Source: a virus
Direction: 5' to 3' (one strand)
UHGV virus genome: UHGV-0039399
Length of the DNA: 40,347 nucleotides
Shown here: in pieces, positions 31,507 to 39,228 of the stretch
Layout: the number at the start of each line of letters is the position of its first letter
How positions within the stretch are numbered: the stretch's first letter is position 1
The notes under the pieces: generated by a model
Told to the model about the DNA's origin: nothing
Seen by the model: the letters and a program-made list of their open reading frames with translations, nothing else
Databases searched by the model: none
Program-made: the position numbers and the translations under genes

Positions 31507-33852
31507 TTTCCTGCGAGGTTGCAACATACCGCCAGGTCGTTGTGATTCCCTTGCCATCATTTTCATTGCTACGCGCTCCATCGTCTGTTCAAGTCTGCGA
31601 CCGTCTTCGTCGCTAAACCCGTTCGTGGTATGGACGTTTATGTTAACGGGCATATTTATGCCGCCACCATTGAAGAGATCACGGCCAGGAATCACCCTAC
31701 CATTCTCGCCAGGAATCATATACTGACGCCCGTTGCTCGTCTGGAATAGCTCAGGAATCCCGTGTTCACCTACGCGATACAGACTACCACCATTAACAGA
31801 ACCACCATTATAACGCCCGCCGCCAAAAATTGACGTTGCCAGCGACATGATCGCAGAAAGCGCCGCAGCACCAGCCGCCGCCCAGCTACCGCCAGTCGAT
31901 GCAGCAGTAGCCGCCGCAGCAGGGGCCGCCGCAGCCGCGATCTCACCCTGGGCAGCAACAGCGCCAGCCGTTGTACTTGCCTGGGTAGCTTTGCTTTGCG
32001 TTTCCATCATCAACTGATCTGCTATCCAGTTAGCGGCAATTTCTGATAGTTTATTGCCAACAGTATTGAGTATGCTGCTTCCCAGGTTGGCGAAAACCTC
32101 ACTTAGCGATTGAGTACCGTTTAGCAGTCCGGTAAGGGCATTACCCATGCCACCTTTCAGGCCGCTGACGCACGCACCAATCAGGCCGTTTGTGTCGCTT
32201 TGCGCCTGCCATTGTTCCCATTTCAGATCTCTGATCTGTTGTTCATATTCCAATAGAGCCTGTTTCTGTTGCGCCTCTGTAGCGCCCAGGTCTATTAGCA
32301 TTTGTTTTCGAACTGCCCATTCATTTTGCGCCTGCTTGATTGGGTCAATTTCTCCCTTAAGCTGGTCCATCGGGCTAACTATGTGGTCCCATTTATCGCG
32401 TAGCTCATCAACCGGGATCTGAGCTAATTCGTCCTTCAGTTCCTTGCCTATCCCTTTCTGCGCGGCCTTGTACTCAAGGAGGGTTATTTTGCCCTGGGCG
32501 AACGCAGCATCAATGGCCTTGCCGTTCTCCAGCGCCTTACGCATGGCTGCGGCGTCCTTGTTGTACTGGTCGGACACTTTTATACCTTCATCACCAAGCC
32601 GATCAGCTTCTGATTTCTTGTCCTTTTTGCCCTTTTTCCCTTTCTTCGGCTTACCAACTGGCTGATCGAATCCCGTGATCTTGCCATCGTCAGCCTCACC
32701 CTGTTTCTGCATAAACTCATCATAGGCGGCTGTGGCTTTTTCTATGTCATTCTTAAATGTCATGAATTTGCCAATGGTAGGGCCAAATTTCTTCTCGTTG
32801 TTGCTGTTTAGCTCTTCCTTGCGTTTGTCAATGATTTCCTTCATCCATTTGTAGCCATCCATTAGCGCCTTGATTGGCGTCACCATTCTGATGATTTCTT
32901 CCGCCACCTCTCCCGCTTTAACAGCAACATCGTCAAACATGTCGATGAACTCGCTACCAGCGGTTTTAAGTGTATTGAAGCAGGTTGCGGCGAATTTTGC
33001 GCCTTTACCTAATCCCTCAACGCCACCAGTGATTAAGTCTATTGCTGACACAACGCCATCTGATATGCCGAAAAGATCGTCTAGCTGTTCGACAAGCCCC
33101 ATTACCTCAACTTTAAGCTCGTTGAAGGCCATGCCGGACGTGCGCGGCAACTGTGCGAACTTCTCGTTCGTTTCCTGCGTGGATGCCTGGATCGCGTTGA
33201 GCATCCTTTCAGCCGTGATCTTACCGTCCAGCATTTCGGCGCGGAATTGACCCATTGATAACCCCATTTGGCGGGCCATTTCCTGTATGATTGTTGGTGT
33301 GTTGTCACGTATTGAGTTAAATTCTTCAGCCTGCAACACGCCAGCATCAATAGCCTGGCGGAACTGGCGCATGGAGTTAGATAGCTGTTCCGCAGACACG
33401 CCGCCCAGGTTGCCTAGTTTTTGCAGCGTGCTGACCAGGTTTAAGACCTGGCCTTCCGTAGCGGATGTATTTTTTAGCGATATAGCAAGCCCTTGCCACA
33501 GGTCGCCAGTGTCCTTGAGGCTTTGGCCTGTCTCTTTTGATATATCTTTCAGTCTGTTGAAAACGCGTTCCGTGGCCTCTGCTTCACCTGTAAGCAGTTT
33601 GATTTTCACGCGAAGCATTTTTGCTTGCTCCGCCATGTCAATAAACTGGCGCACAGCCTCCGCAGCAAGTAACAGATGGATGACCCTGGATAGTGCTTTG
33701 ATTGAAGTCTTAAGCGTATTCACCTGGCGGTCAGCGCGTTTTGCGCCACGCTCGATACTGTCAAAAGCCTGGTCTGCCTGTCGTTGAGCAACGAGAAGTT
33801 GACCAGTTTTTGCATCAACTTCGTAATAGATTGTACCTAAACTACCCGACAT
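31504..33852 (-). CDS. tail tape measure protein
   Basis: 782-aa, largely alpha-helical, Ala/Gln-rich ORF with a Gly-rich C-terminal region, positioned between tail chaperone and M. Confidence 0.9.
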   Translation of the reverse strand: MSGSLGTIYYEVDAKTGQLLVAQRQADQAFDSIERGAKRADRQVNTLKTSIKALSRVIHLLLAAEAVRQFIDMAEQAKMLRVKIKLLTGEAEATERVFNRLKDISKETGQSLKDTGDLWQGLAISLKNTSATEGQVLNLVSTLQKLGNLGGVSAEQLSNSMRQFRQAIDAGVLQAEEFNSIRDNTPTIIQEMARQMGLSMGQFRAEMLDGKITAERMLNAIQASTQETNEKFAQLPRTSGMAFNELKVEVMGLVEQLDDLFGISDGVVSAIDLITGGVEGLGKGAKFAATCFNTLKTAGSEFIDMFDDVAVKAGEVAEEIIRMVTPIKALMDGYKWMKEIIDKRKEELNSNNEKKFGPTIGKFMTFKNDIEKATAAYDEFMQKQGEADDGKITGFDQPVGKPKKGKKGKKDKKSEADRLGDEGIKVSDQYNKDAAAMRKALENGKAIDAAFAQGKITLLEYKAAQKGIGKELKDELAQIPVDELRDKWDHIVSPMDQLKGEIDPIKQAQNEWAVRKQMLIDLGATEAQQKQALLEYEQQIRDLKWEQWQAQSDTNGLIGACVSGLKGGMGNALTGLLNGTQSLSEVFANLGSSILNTVGNKLSEIAANWIADQLMMETQSKATQASTTAGAVAAQGEIAAAAAPAAAATAASTGGSWAAAGAAALSAIMSLATSIFGGGRYNGGSVNGGSLYRVGEHGIPELFQTSNGRQYMIPGENGRVIPGRDLFNGGGINMPVNINVHTTNGFSDEDGRRLEQTMERVAMKMMARESQRPGGMLQPRRK

Positions 33853-33890
33853 GATTTTACCTCACTAAAAAGTGTGATCCAGATCCATAT

Positions 33891-33934
33891 TTTATACAAA
33901 ATGTCTTCACTTCAACGTATACATTTTGTATAAA
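33891..33934. promoter_or_regulatory. perfect 14-bp inverted repeat TTTATACAAAATGT-N16-ACATTTTGTATAAA (candidate operator)
   Basis: Exact inverted repeat in the intergenic region between the tape measure start and the third opposite-strand cassette. Confidence 0.5.
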
Positions 33935-34101
33935 GAAGTCAAAGGAAGAGAGAGAAAAGAAGGTCGAAGGAATAAGGGATTAAGACTTGAGGCACAGCCA
34001 ACCGAAGGAACGAGGGAGGCGAAAACCACTAAAACTAACAGGAAACAGAAAAAGGATTTAAAAGACCGGATGAACCGGAGGAAGCAAAAGAGGATAAGAA
34101 A

Positions 34102-34188
34102 ATGAAAGGCTACTACCGACCCAACGAGCATGAGCATTATGCCGACTTTATCGAAGAAATGCTGAAAGCACTTAAAAACAAGAAATAA
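34102..34188 (+). CDS. 28-aa peptide, tape-measure-chaperone cassette gene 1
   Basis: Manually found ORF MKGYYRPNEHEHYADFIEEMLKALKNKK after a purine-rich leader. Confidence 0.3.
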   Translation: MKGYYRPNEHEHYADFIEEMLKALKNKK

Positions 34189-34201
34189 GCGGGGCGGGTG
34201 A

Positions 34202-34309
34202 ATGGACACAATCAAAACGGTTATAGATGTATATATTACAGCATGGTTAGCATTTAATGTGATGGCTGTGCTGGTGCTGGCAATGACAACCGAAGATAAA
34301 CGCAATTGA
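34202..34309 (+). CDS. 35-aa membrane peptide, cassette gene 2
   Basis: Manually found ORF MDTIKTVIDVYITAWLAFNVMAVLVLAMTTEDKRN. Confidence 0.35.
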   Translation: MDTIKTVIDVYITAWLAFNVMAVLVLAMTTEDKRN

Positions 34310-34319
34310 GAGGTGTATC

Positions 34320-34622
34320 ATGGAACTGGTAATTTGCTTCGTCGGATTCATCGCAACTATGGTTGTAGCTCAGAAAAAACACCTGAATATGCTCCCGGCA
34401 TTCTTTGGTGCGCTGATTTGTTGGCCTGCCGTATTGATTTACGCGCTGTGCGTTAACAAAAAGATGTTCAAACACTACGTTGATGCAGTGACTTTCGTAA
34501 GCATGGAGTTCCCGAACGCAACTGACGTACAGAAAGCACAGGTAGCAACTTACATTTACGATAACGTGTACGATATTCATGACCTGGATGAAGCAAGATG
34601 CCGATTCGCAGCATACAAATAA
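34320..34622 (+). CDS. membrane protein (100 aa; two TM segments plus soluble C-terminus), cassette gene 3
   Basis: GAGAGGTG RBS; hydrophobic N-terminal half; followed by a strong terminator. Confidence 0.6.
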   Translation: MELVICFVGFIATMVVAQKKHLNMLPAFFGALICWPAVLIYALCVNKKMFKHYVDAVTFVSMEFPNATDVQKAQVATYIYDNVYDIHDLDEARCRFAAYK

Positions 34623-34626
34623 AGAT

Positions 34627-34654
34627 AAAGGCCCGGTTAATTCCGGGCTTTTTC
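34627..34654 (+). terminator. rho-independent terminator ending the third cassette
   Basis: GCCCGG-ttaatt-CCGGGC hairpin followed by TTTTTCTTGTTT. Confidence 0.65.
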
Positions 34655-35317
34655 TTGTTTGCGTTTTTTCATCAATTCCAGCACCCTTTTAGCCGCTCCC
34701 ATTTGCTCATCATAATCACGTTTATTTATCTGAACGTTTGGCTTACGTTTCTCGTTTCTTTCGTCTGGCGGCGTTTTAGCGCGTACAGCGGCACGATACC
34801 CGGTCATGGTCATACCCCACGCCTCAGACTCAGACAATCCCAGGTGAGCAACGGCAGAGTAAACATACTCAAGGATGTCGAATGTCTGTTTATAATCGCC
34901 TTCCTGCTCATCGCTAACGTCTTCCTCCGGTCCGTCACCAATTAAACCGTGGAACATGCAGTGTTGCGCCAGTGTGATAACGTCGCTGGTGGGCATTAAT
35001 CCGGGTTTTAGTCTCAACTTACCCGAAGGAGTGAAGCTACATTCGCCCAATAACTGGCCTATTTCGCATTCTGAGCAACATTTCAATATGTGGATGGACG
35101 TTTGCACCAGTTCACCATAACAACGCGCCAGAATGCGATTGCGGAGGTCTGGATCAACTGGCATACGCCGTGGGTATTTGCCACCGTGAACCGTTGCGAA
35201 GTATTCGACCAGTTCCCTGTCACCGCCGATCTTAGCCATTGCAGCAAAGCAGGGATTAAATTCGTAACGTCTGCCATCAACCACAACCGCAAACTGTCCT
35301 GTTCGAACGTGAATCAT
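34637..35317 (-). CDS. putative tail assembly chaperone (G/GT position)
   Basis: 226-aa ORF between the tail tube gene and tape measure; AAGGTG RBS at the refined ATG; assignment by position only. Confidence 0.45.
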   Translation of the reverse strand: MIHVRTGQFAVVVDGRRYEFNPCFAAMAKIGGDRELVEYFATVHGGKYPRRMPVDPDLRNRILARCYGELVQTSIHILKCCSECEIGQLLGECSFTPSGKLRLKPGLMPTSDVITLAQHCMFHGLIGDGPEEDVSDEQEGDYKQTFDILEYVYSAVAHLGLSESEAWGMTMTGYRAAVRAKTPPDERNEKRKPNVQINKRDYDEQMGAAKRVLELMKKRKQEKARN

Positions 35318-35327
35318 AGTTGTCACC

Positions 35328-35356
35328 TTAAAAAATAAAGGGGCCAAGCGGCCCCG
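35328..35356 (-). terminator. rho-independent terminator after the major tail gene (attenuator)
   Basis: GGGGCC-loop-GGCCCC hairpin followed by CUUUAUUUUUU on the minus strand, 17 nt after the tail tube gene stop. Confidence 0.6.
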
Positions 35357-35372
35357 ATGTCAATATTTACTG

Positions 35373-35849
35373 TTACAATACAGGAACGTCACCTACTGTG
35401 ACCTTGCCAGCGCTTTCGCACTCAATTGACCAGGTGGACACATCGTCGTGCGGATCTTCTTCCTTAAAGGAAGTGCAAAGGAACGGACCCTCTGTTACAT
35501 CAAGCGGTGAAACGAGTTTCAACCAGACGTAAGGCTGCGCACCAGTTGTTTCGCCAGGGTTAATAACGTGGCGTTTAAGTGCTTTCTGGTTGTGGATCTC
35601 TTCGGTGCGGGATACGCCGTCGCCGGAGAAGGCAACAGATTTGTAAGTTACCAGTGATTCTTTTGTGTAGTCTGCTGATTTATCAGCGGTGGCGTCTGCG
35701 GTTTCCCATTCTACGGAAAGAGATTTGCCACGCATCATGCCTAACGCTTTATAGTCTTCTTCGTTTGGTTTCGTTTTAGGGCAGGCGATAGCGTAGAATA
35801 CGGCAACGTCACGGCCTAAGAACGAACCTTTTTCACAAGTCTGAGACAT
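35373..35849 (-). CDS. major tail (tube) protein
   Basis: 158-aa ORF in the V position, followed by an attenuator terminator; assignment by position and size. Confidence 0.55.
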   Translation of the reverse strand: MSQTCEKGSFLGRDVAVFYAIACPKTKPNEEDYKALGMMRGKSLSVEWETADATADKSADYTKESLVTYKSVAFSGDGVSRTEEIHNQKALKRHVINPGETTGAQPYVWLKLVSPLDVTEGPFLCTSFKEEDPHDDVSTWSIECESAGKVTVGDVPVL

Positions 35850-35861
35850 GTTAGTTACCTC

Positions 35862-36248
35862 TTATCTAGATATGATGGTTTGGAAAGCTACGGTGAAAAT
35901 AAAGCGCCCTTCTCTCGTCTGCATTGCAGGAATGGCGCCAATTGGTTTCATGTGTGTAATTTTATCAGTTTTGTATTCGGTTATCATACTCTGGCGTATT
36001 GCGTCGGCGAGGTCTTCCACTTCACTGATATTTGCGTCATTGCGTGCTGAAATTACCAGGATGCGGAAATAGTCACGGGTTACTGCTTCTTCACCAGCCG
36101 CGCCGCCGTTTTGCTGTATGACAATGTACCTGTCGTTATTCGAATTGGATCGCTCATTCCAGAAACGGGCCTGCAAAATATAACCTTCGTCGTACCCGTG
36201 GGACTTAATCCAATCCCTTATTTCGTCATATACTTCGCTGCGTTTCAT
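35862..36248 (-). CDS. tail terminator protein (U position)
   Basis: 128-aa ORF immediately upstream of the tail tube gene; positional assignment. Confidence 0.45.
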   Translation of the reverse strand: MKRSEVYDEIRDWIKSHGYDEGYILQARFWNERSNSNNDRYIVIQQNGGAAGEEAVTRDYFRILVISARNDANISEVEDLADAIRQSMITEYKTDKITHMKPIGAIPAMQTREGRFIFTVAFQTIISR

Positions 36249-36718
36249 GATTGTTTCGTCCAGTACCCAAGTTTTATCGTATTCCAGATTTCATTGAAAT
36301 TGTCTGGTTCCTCGAACGCCTTGCGCAAAAATTCTGGTTCCGCGTTTGGGTCCCAATAATAACCCTTCCCAGTACCGCCACCGAACGCAACTACCTGTTT
36401 CGGTCCGAAATCAGAAAGGTTGTTGGTTTTACCAAAATGCTCGCGAGGCTGTCCCATTAATGTCCCCGGCATGTCATGCACCCATTCAGCATAGCGGGCG
36501 GTATATCCAACCCTTAGGCAAAGGCCGTTGCCGCTTTTCTCGACAGTCTGGTACATGCTGTTAATCAAAAAACCCGTATCAACTGGCGTCATTCCAGATG
36601 CAAGGCCGGACGCAACGTTTCCAACAATCCATAGCACTTCATAAGTCTTTTTGTCTGCTATGTTCCTGATTTCTTCCGTCATTTTAATACGGACGCGTCT
36701 GACGCCTTTCAGTGGCAT
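36245..36718 (-). CDS. tail completion / neck protein (Z position)
   Basis: 157-aa ORF; positional assignment in the head-tail joining module. Confidence 0.45.
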   Translation of the reverse strand: MPLKGVRRVRIKMTEEIRNIADKKTYEVLWIVGNVASGLASGMTPVDTGFLINSMYQTVEKSGNGLCLRVGYTARYAEWVHDMPGTLMGQPREHFGKTNNLSDFGPKQVVAFGGGTGKGYYWDPNAEPEFLRKAFEEPDNFNEIWNTIKLGYWTKQS

Positions 36719-36720
36719 AA

Positions 36721-37089
36721 TTAACCTCCTGTGACGATCTTATAATCCGGCGTGTCGTTAAACATGCTCATGTCCCATTCAACGATCCCGGTTATAAAAT
36801 TGGCCCCAGCCGCCAGCGGGTCAGCAATAGCAGTGGTGTCACCAGTGGCAAGCATCCACCCTTTTTCCGGTCGCTGTACTGACTGCATCTTGTAAAGCAG
36901 TTCGGTATATACGGTTATCGTGTTGCTAACCTCATTCCCGTTTGCATCTGTTGCGGTTCCGTCAGTACGCTCCCATGCACAATCAATCAGATATGGAGTT
37001 CCGTATACATCGGAGTTCGTCCAATCGTCACGCGTCACTGGGTAAATGGTGGCTAATGCCTTGTAAGTGAATCGTGATAGCTTACTCAT
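36721..37089 (-). CDS. head-tail joining protein (FII position)
   Basis: 122-aa ORF; positional assignment. Confidence 0.45.
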   Translation of the reverse strand: MSKLSRFTYKALATIYPVTRDDWTNSDVYGTPYLIDCAWERTDGTATDANGNEVSNTITVYTELLYKMQSVQRPEKGWMLATGDTTAIADPLAAGANFITGIVEWDMSMFNDTPDYKIVTGG

Positions 37090-37267
37090 ATCCGTTGCTC
37101 CATTTGATGATTCTCGGATGGGTTTCCGCCACGCGCGGGCAGAGAATTACCCATTCGCCAGCGTCATTGAGATATGCCGCCACCTGTCGCCCGGTGTCAG
37201 TCTTCACCCACACGCGGGTGAACGGCTTCGGCAATAGCGGTTTAGGTAACGTAAGGTCATTCCACAT
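37082..37267 (-). CDS. small hypothetical protein (61 aa)
   Basis: ORF overlapping neighbours within the head-tail joining module. Confidence 0.4.
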   Translation of the reverse strand: MWNDLTLPKPLLPKPFTRVWVKTDTGRQVAAYLNDAGEWVILCPRVAETHPRIIKWSNGYE

Positions 37268-37269
37268 TG

Positions 37270-37656
37270 TTACATCCTCCCGCTTTTACCTATCCACAGC
37301 CCAGCGTGTGCGGTGTTCTGTGGATCTGCCGGAACCAATTCGGCGGTGCAGTGATTCTTGTCTAGGGAGTAAAGCAACGAGTGTGCTGCTTTCCATTTTT
37401 GGTTGAAATCGACATATCGGTATGACTGGCTTGCGCCGTTCGTACCAGTATGCGAGGAAACGTATTTGTTAGCCTGGGTAAGTCCTAACAGGCCAATCAG
37501 GTAAAGTTGAATTAATGTTGCAGTGGAGGTCGGATAGTTGGCATCAAGGCATTCGTTAACGCTGTTTGCCTGCTCCACCAGCAAGGATAAGATAACGTCT
37601 GGCAGGTCAATACCCTGGCTTTCAAGATATTCCCGCGCCTGTTCTGTAGTGACCAT
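37270..37656 (-). CDS. head completion / head-tail connector-type protein
   Basis: Start refined to ATG (MVTTEQ) with GGAG RBS, downstream of the capsid-gene terminator; positional assignment. Confidence 0.45.
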   Translation of the reverse strand: MVTTEQAREYLESQGIDLPDVILSLLVEQANSVNECLDANYPTSTATLIQLYLIGLLGLTQANKYVSSHTGTNGASQSYRYVDFNQKWKAAHSLLYSLDKNHCTAELVPADPQNTAHAGLWIGKSGRM

Positions 37657-37671
37657 TTTGTTTGCTCCACA

Positions 37672-37702
37672 TACAAAAAAAATCCCCGGCATCGCGCCGG
37701 GG
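37672..37702 (-). terminator. rho-independent terminator after the major capsid gene (attenuator)
   Basis: CCCCGGC-atcgc-GCCGGGG hairpin followed on the minus strand by a U8 tract. Confidence 0.7.
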
Positions 37703-37722
37703 AGTTACAGGAAATGCAAGAA

Positions 37723-38772
37723 TTATTGATGACCGTAAACGACGCCGGAACGGCCCAGCATGTCGCAGGTGATTTGTAAACCTTCGGCAGACATGATTTT
37801 GAAATTGTAGTTATCGGTAGGCATGGTGCGAGGAACAGGCACTACGCCAGTAGTCATACCGATCAGCGGGCTGATAACATCACGACGGCGCTGATAAGCA
37901 ATGATTTCGTTGCCAGTCAGTGCGAAGGACTGACGGATTTCACCAACCGGGGCGAACGGCATAACAGTATTGAGCACGCTACCAACGACAGCACCGTTAA
38001 CGATGTGCGGGCGGGCCAGGTTAGCCATGACGTCCGGTGATACCCACATAACATCGTATTTAGCAACGAAGTTATTGCGGGCCAGTACGCCGAACTCGCC
38101 AATGGTGAAGAAGTCGATCAGTTGGTCGAATGTTGCTGTTTTCAGGTCAGTGGTCAACACAAGCTGTTGGGTGTTTTTGTGGTTTTTAATACCCATTGCT
38201 TTATGACCATCAACAACCATGTTTTCATTCCCTTCGAGGTAGAATTTAACACGGCGTTTGTTGAATTTTTTCAGTTTCAGGCGCTGGCTGTCCAGAGCAA
38301 GGTCAATGCCAACAGTGTTTAAGCCATGAGCTAAACGCCAGTTGACACCGTAACCAGCGGTAAACATCGGAATCGGGTCGCCATCGCTGCCGTATTCGGT
38401 GTGGTCATAGCCGTGCGGCGCCTGGCCATCCATAGACATCACGACTTCATCGTTGATGTCACCGGATACGTTGTACATTTTCAGCGTTTTACCGATAGGC
38501 AGTACGGTTTGAACGCCCATAAGGTCGTTGACGATCTCAATACCGATTTCCTCGGTGTTCAGTTCGATGATCTGGTTATCAATTTCTTTCCAGAACTCTT
38601 TCGCGAAGCCACCAACAGCGTTGCAGGCCAACATTTCAGCAGTCATGTTTGCTTTGTTTGCTGCAATCATGGCGTCATGTTGAGCGTTGAAGATATTACG
38701 TTGCGCCCACAGTTCGTTCCAATGGCCCTGCATACGGGCGTTGGTAGCAAGGTTTTCTTTGGTAAAGTACAT
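37723..38772 (-). CDS. major capsid protein
   Basis: 349-aa ORF with AAAAGGGGA RBS, preceded by the decoration and scaffold genes and followed by a strong terminator. Confidence 0.75.
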   Translation of the reverse strand: MYFTKENLATNARMQGHWNELWAQRNIFNAQHDAMIAANKANMTAEMLACNAVGGFAKEFWKEIDNQIIELNTEEIGIEIVNDLMGVQTVLPIGKTLKMYNVSGDINDEVVMSMDGQAPHGYDHTEYGSDGDPIPMFTAGYGVNWRLAHGLNTVGIDLALDSQRLKLKKFNKRRVKFYLEGNENMVVDGHKAMGIKNHKNTQQLVLTTDLKTATFDQLIDFFTIGEFGVLARNNFVAKYDVMWVSPDVMANLARPHIVNGAVVGSVLNTVMPFAPVGEIRQSFALTGNEIIAYQRRRDVISPLIGMTTGVVPVPRTMPTDNYNFKIMSAEGLQITCDMLGRSGVVYGHQ

Positions 38773-38789
38773 GTTTTTCCCCTTTTAAA

Positions 38790-39212
38790 TTAAGCGACGC
38801 GAACGCGGATAAAGTCTTCCGCTTCCAGGGTTACGTCTTCCTGGCAGAATGCAATGATTGGTGCTGAACCGCCGTCCACAGCAGAGGACAATTTAGCGCC
38901 CTCTGCCGCAAGGGCAATGGCTGCGCCTTTGGCATAGGTGGCATTAGGAACACGGAGAGCGAACTCACGCCCCTGTTCCACATAATCGGCTACAACTGTT
39001 GCATTTGCAGCGATTGCATCAGCAATGGTTTTACCTTCATGGAATGCCGGGTTAACAATATATAATTGTTCCTTGCCGACATCGGCAGGCGCTGCTTTAA
39101 CGAATTTACCGCCTTCCAGTTTAACCAGTTCACCCGGTTTTAATTCAGCACCAGCGAGGCGGGTTTCGGTGATGGATTTGCCATCAATATTTACACGACG
39201 AAAACGAAACAT
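38790..39212 (-). CDS. head decoration / stabilisation protein (D position)
   Basis: 140-aa Ala-rich ORF between the scaffold/protease and capsid genes; AAAAGGGGA RBS. Confidence 0.5.
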   Translation of the reverse strand: MFRFRRVNIDGKSITETRLAGAELKPGELVKLEGGKFVKAAPADVGKEQLYIVNPAFHEGKTIADAIAANATVVADYVEQGREFALRVPNATYAKGAAIALAAEGAKLSSAVDGGSAPIIAFCQEDVTLEAEDFIRVRVA

Positions 39213-39228
39213 TGTGATCCCCTTTTAA

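Noticed and set aside
33926-34105. Plus-strand 60-codon Lys/Arg-rich ORF from a TTG start across the purine-rich tract
   Set aside because: Extreme low complexity driven by the AG-rich DNA, no ATG start, no RBS; treated as a leader or RNA element instead.
33907-34580. Minus-strand ORFs 33907-34305 (132 aa) and 34254-34580 (108 aa)
   Set aside because: Antisense to the purine-rich leader and the plus-strand membrane protein gene; compositions (poly-Phe/Leu, Cys/His-rich) look like frame artefacts, and the plus-strand ORFs have proper RBSs and a terminator.
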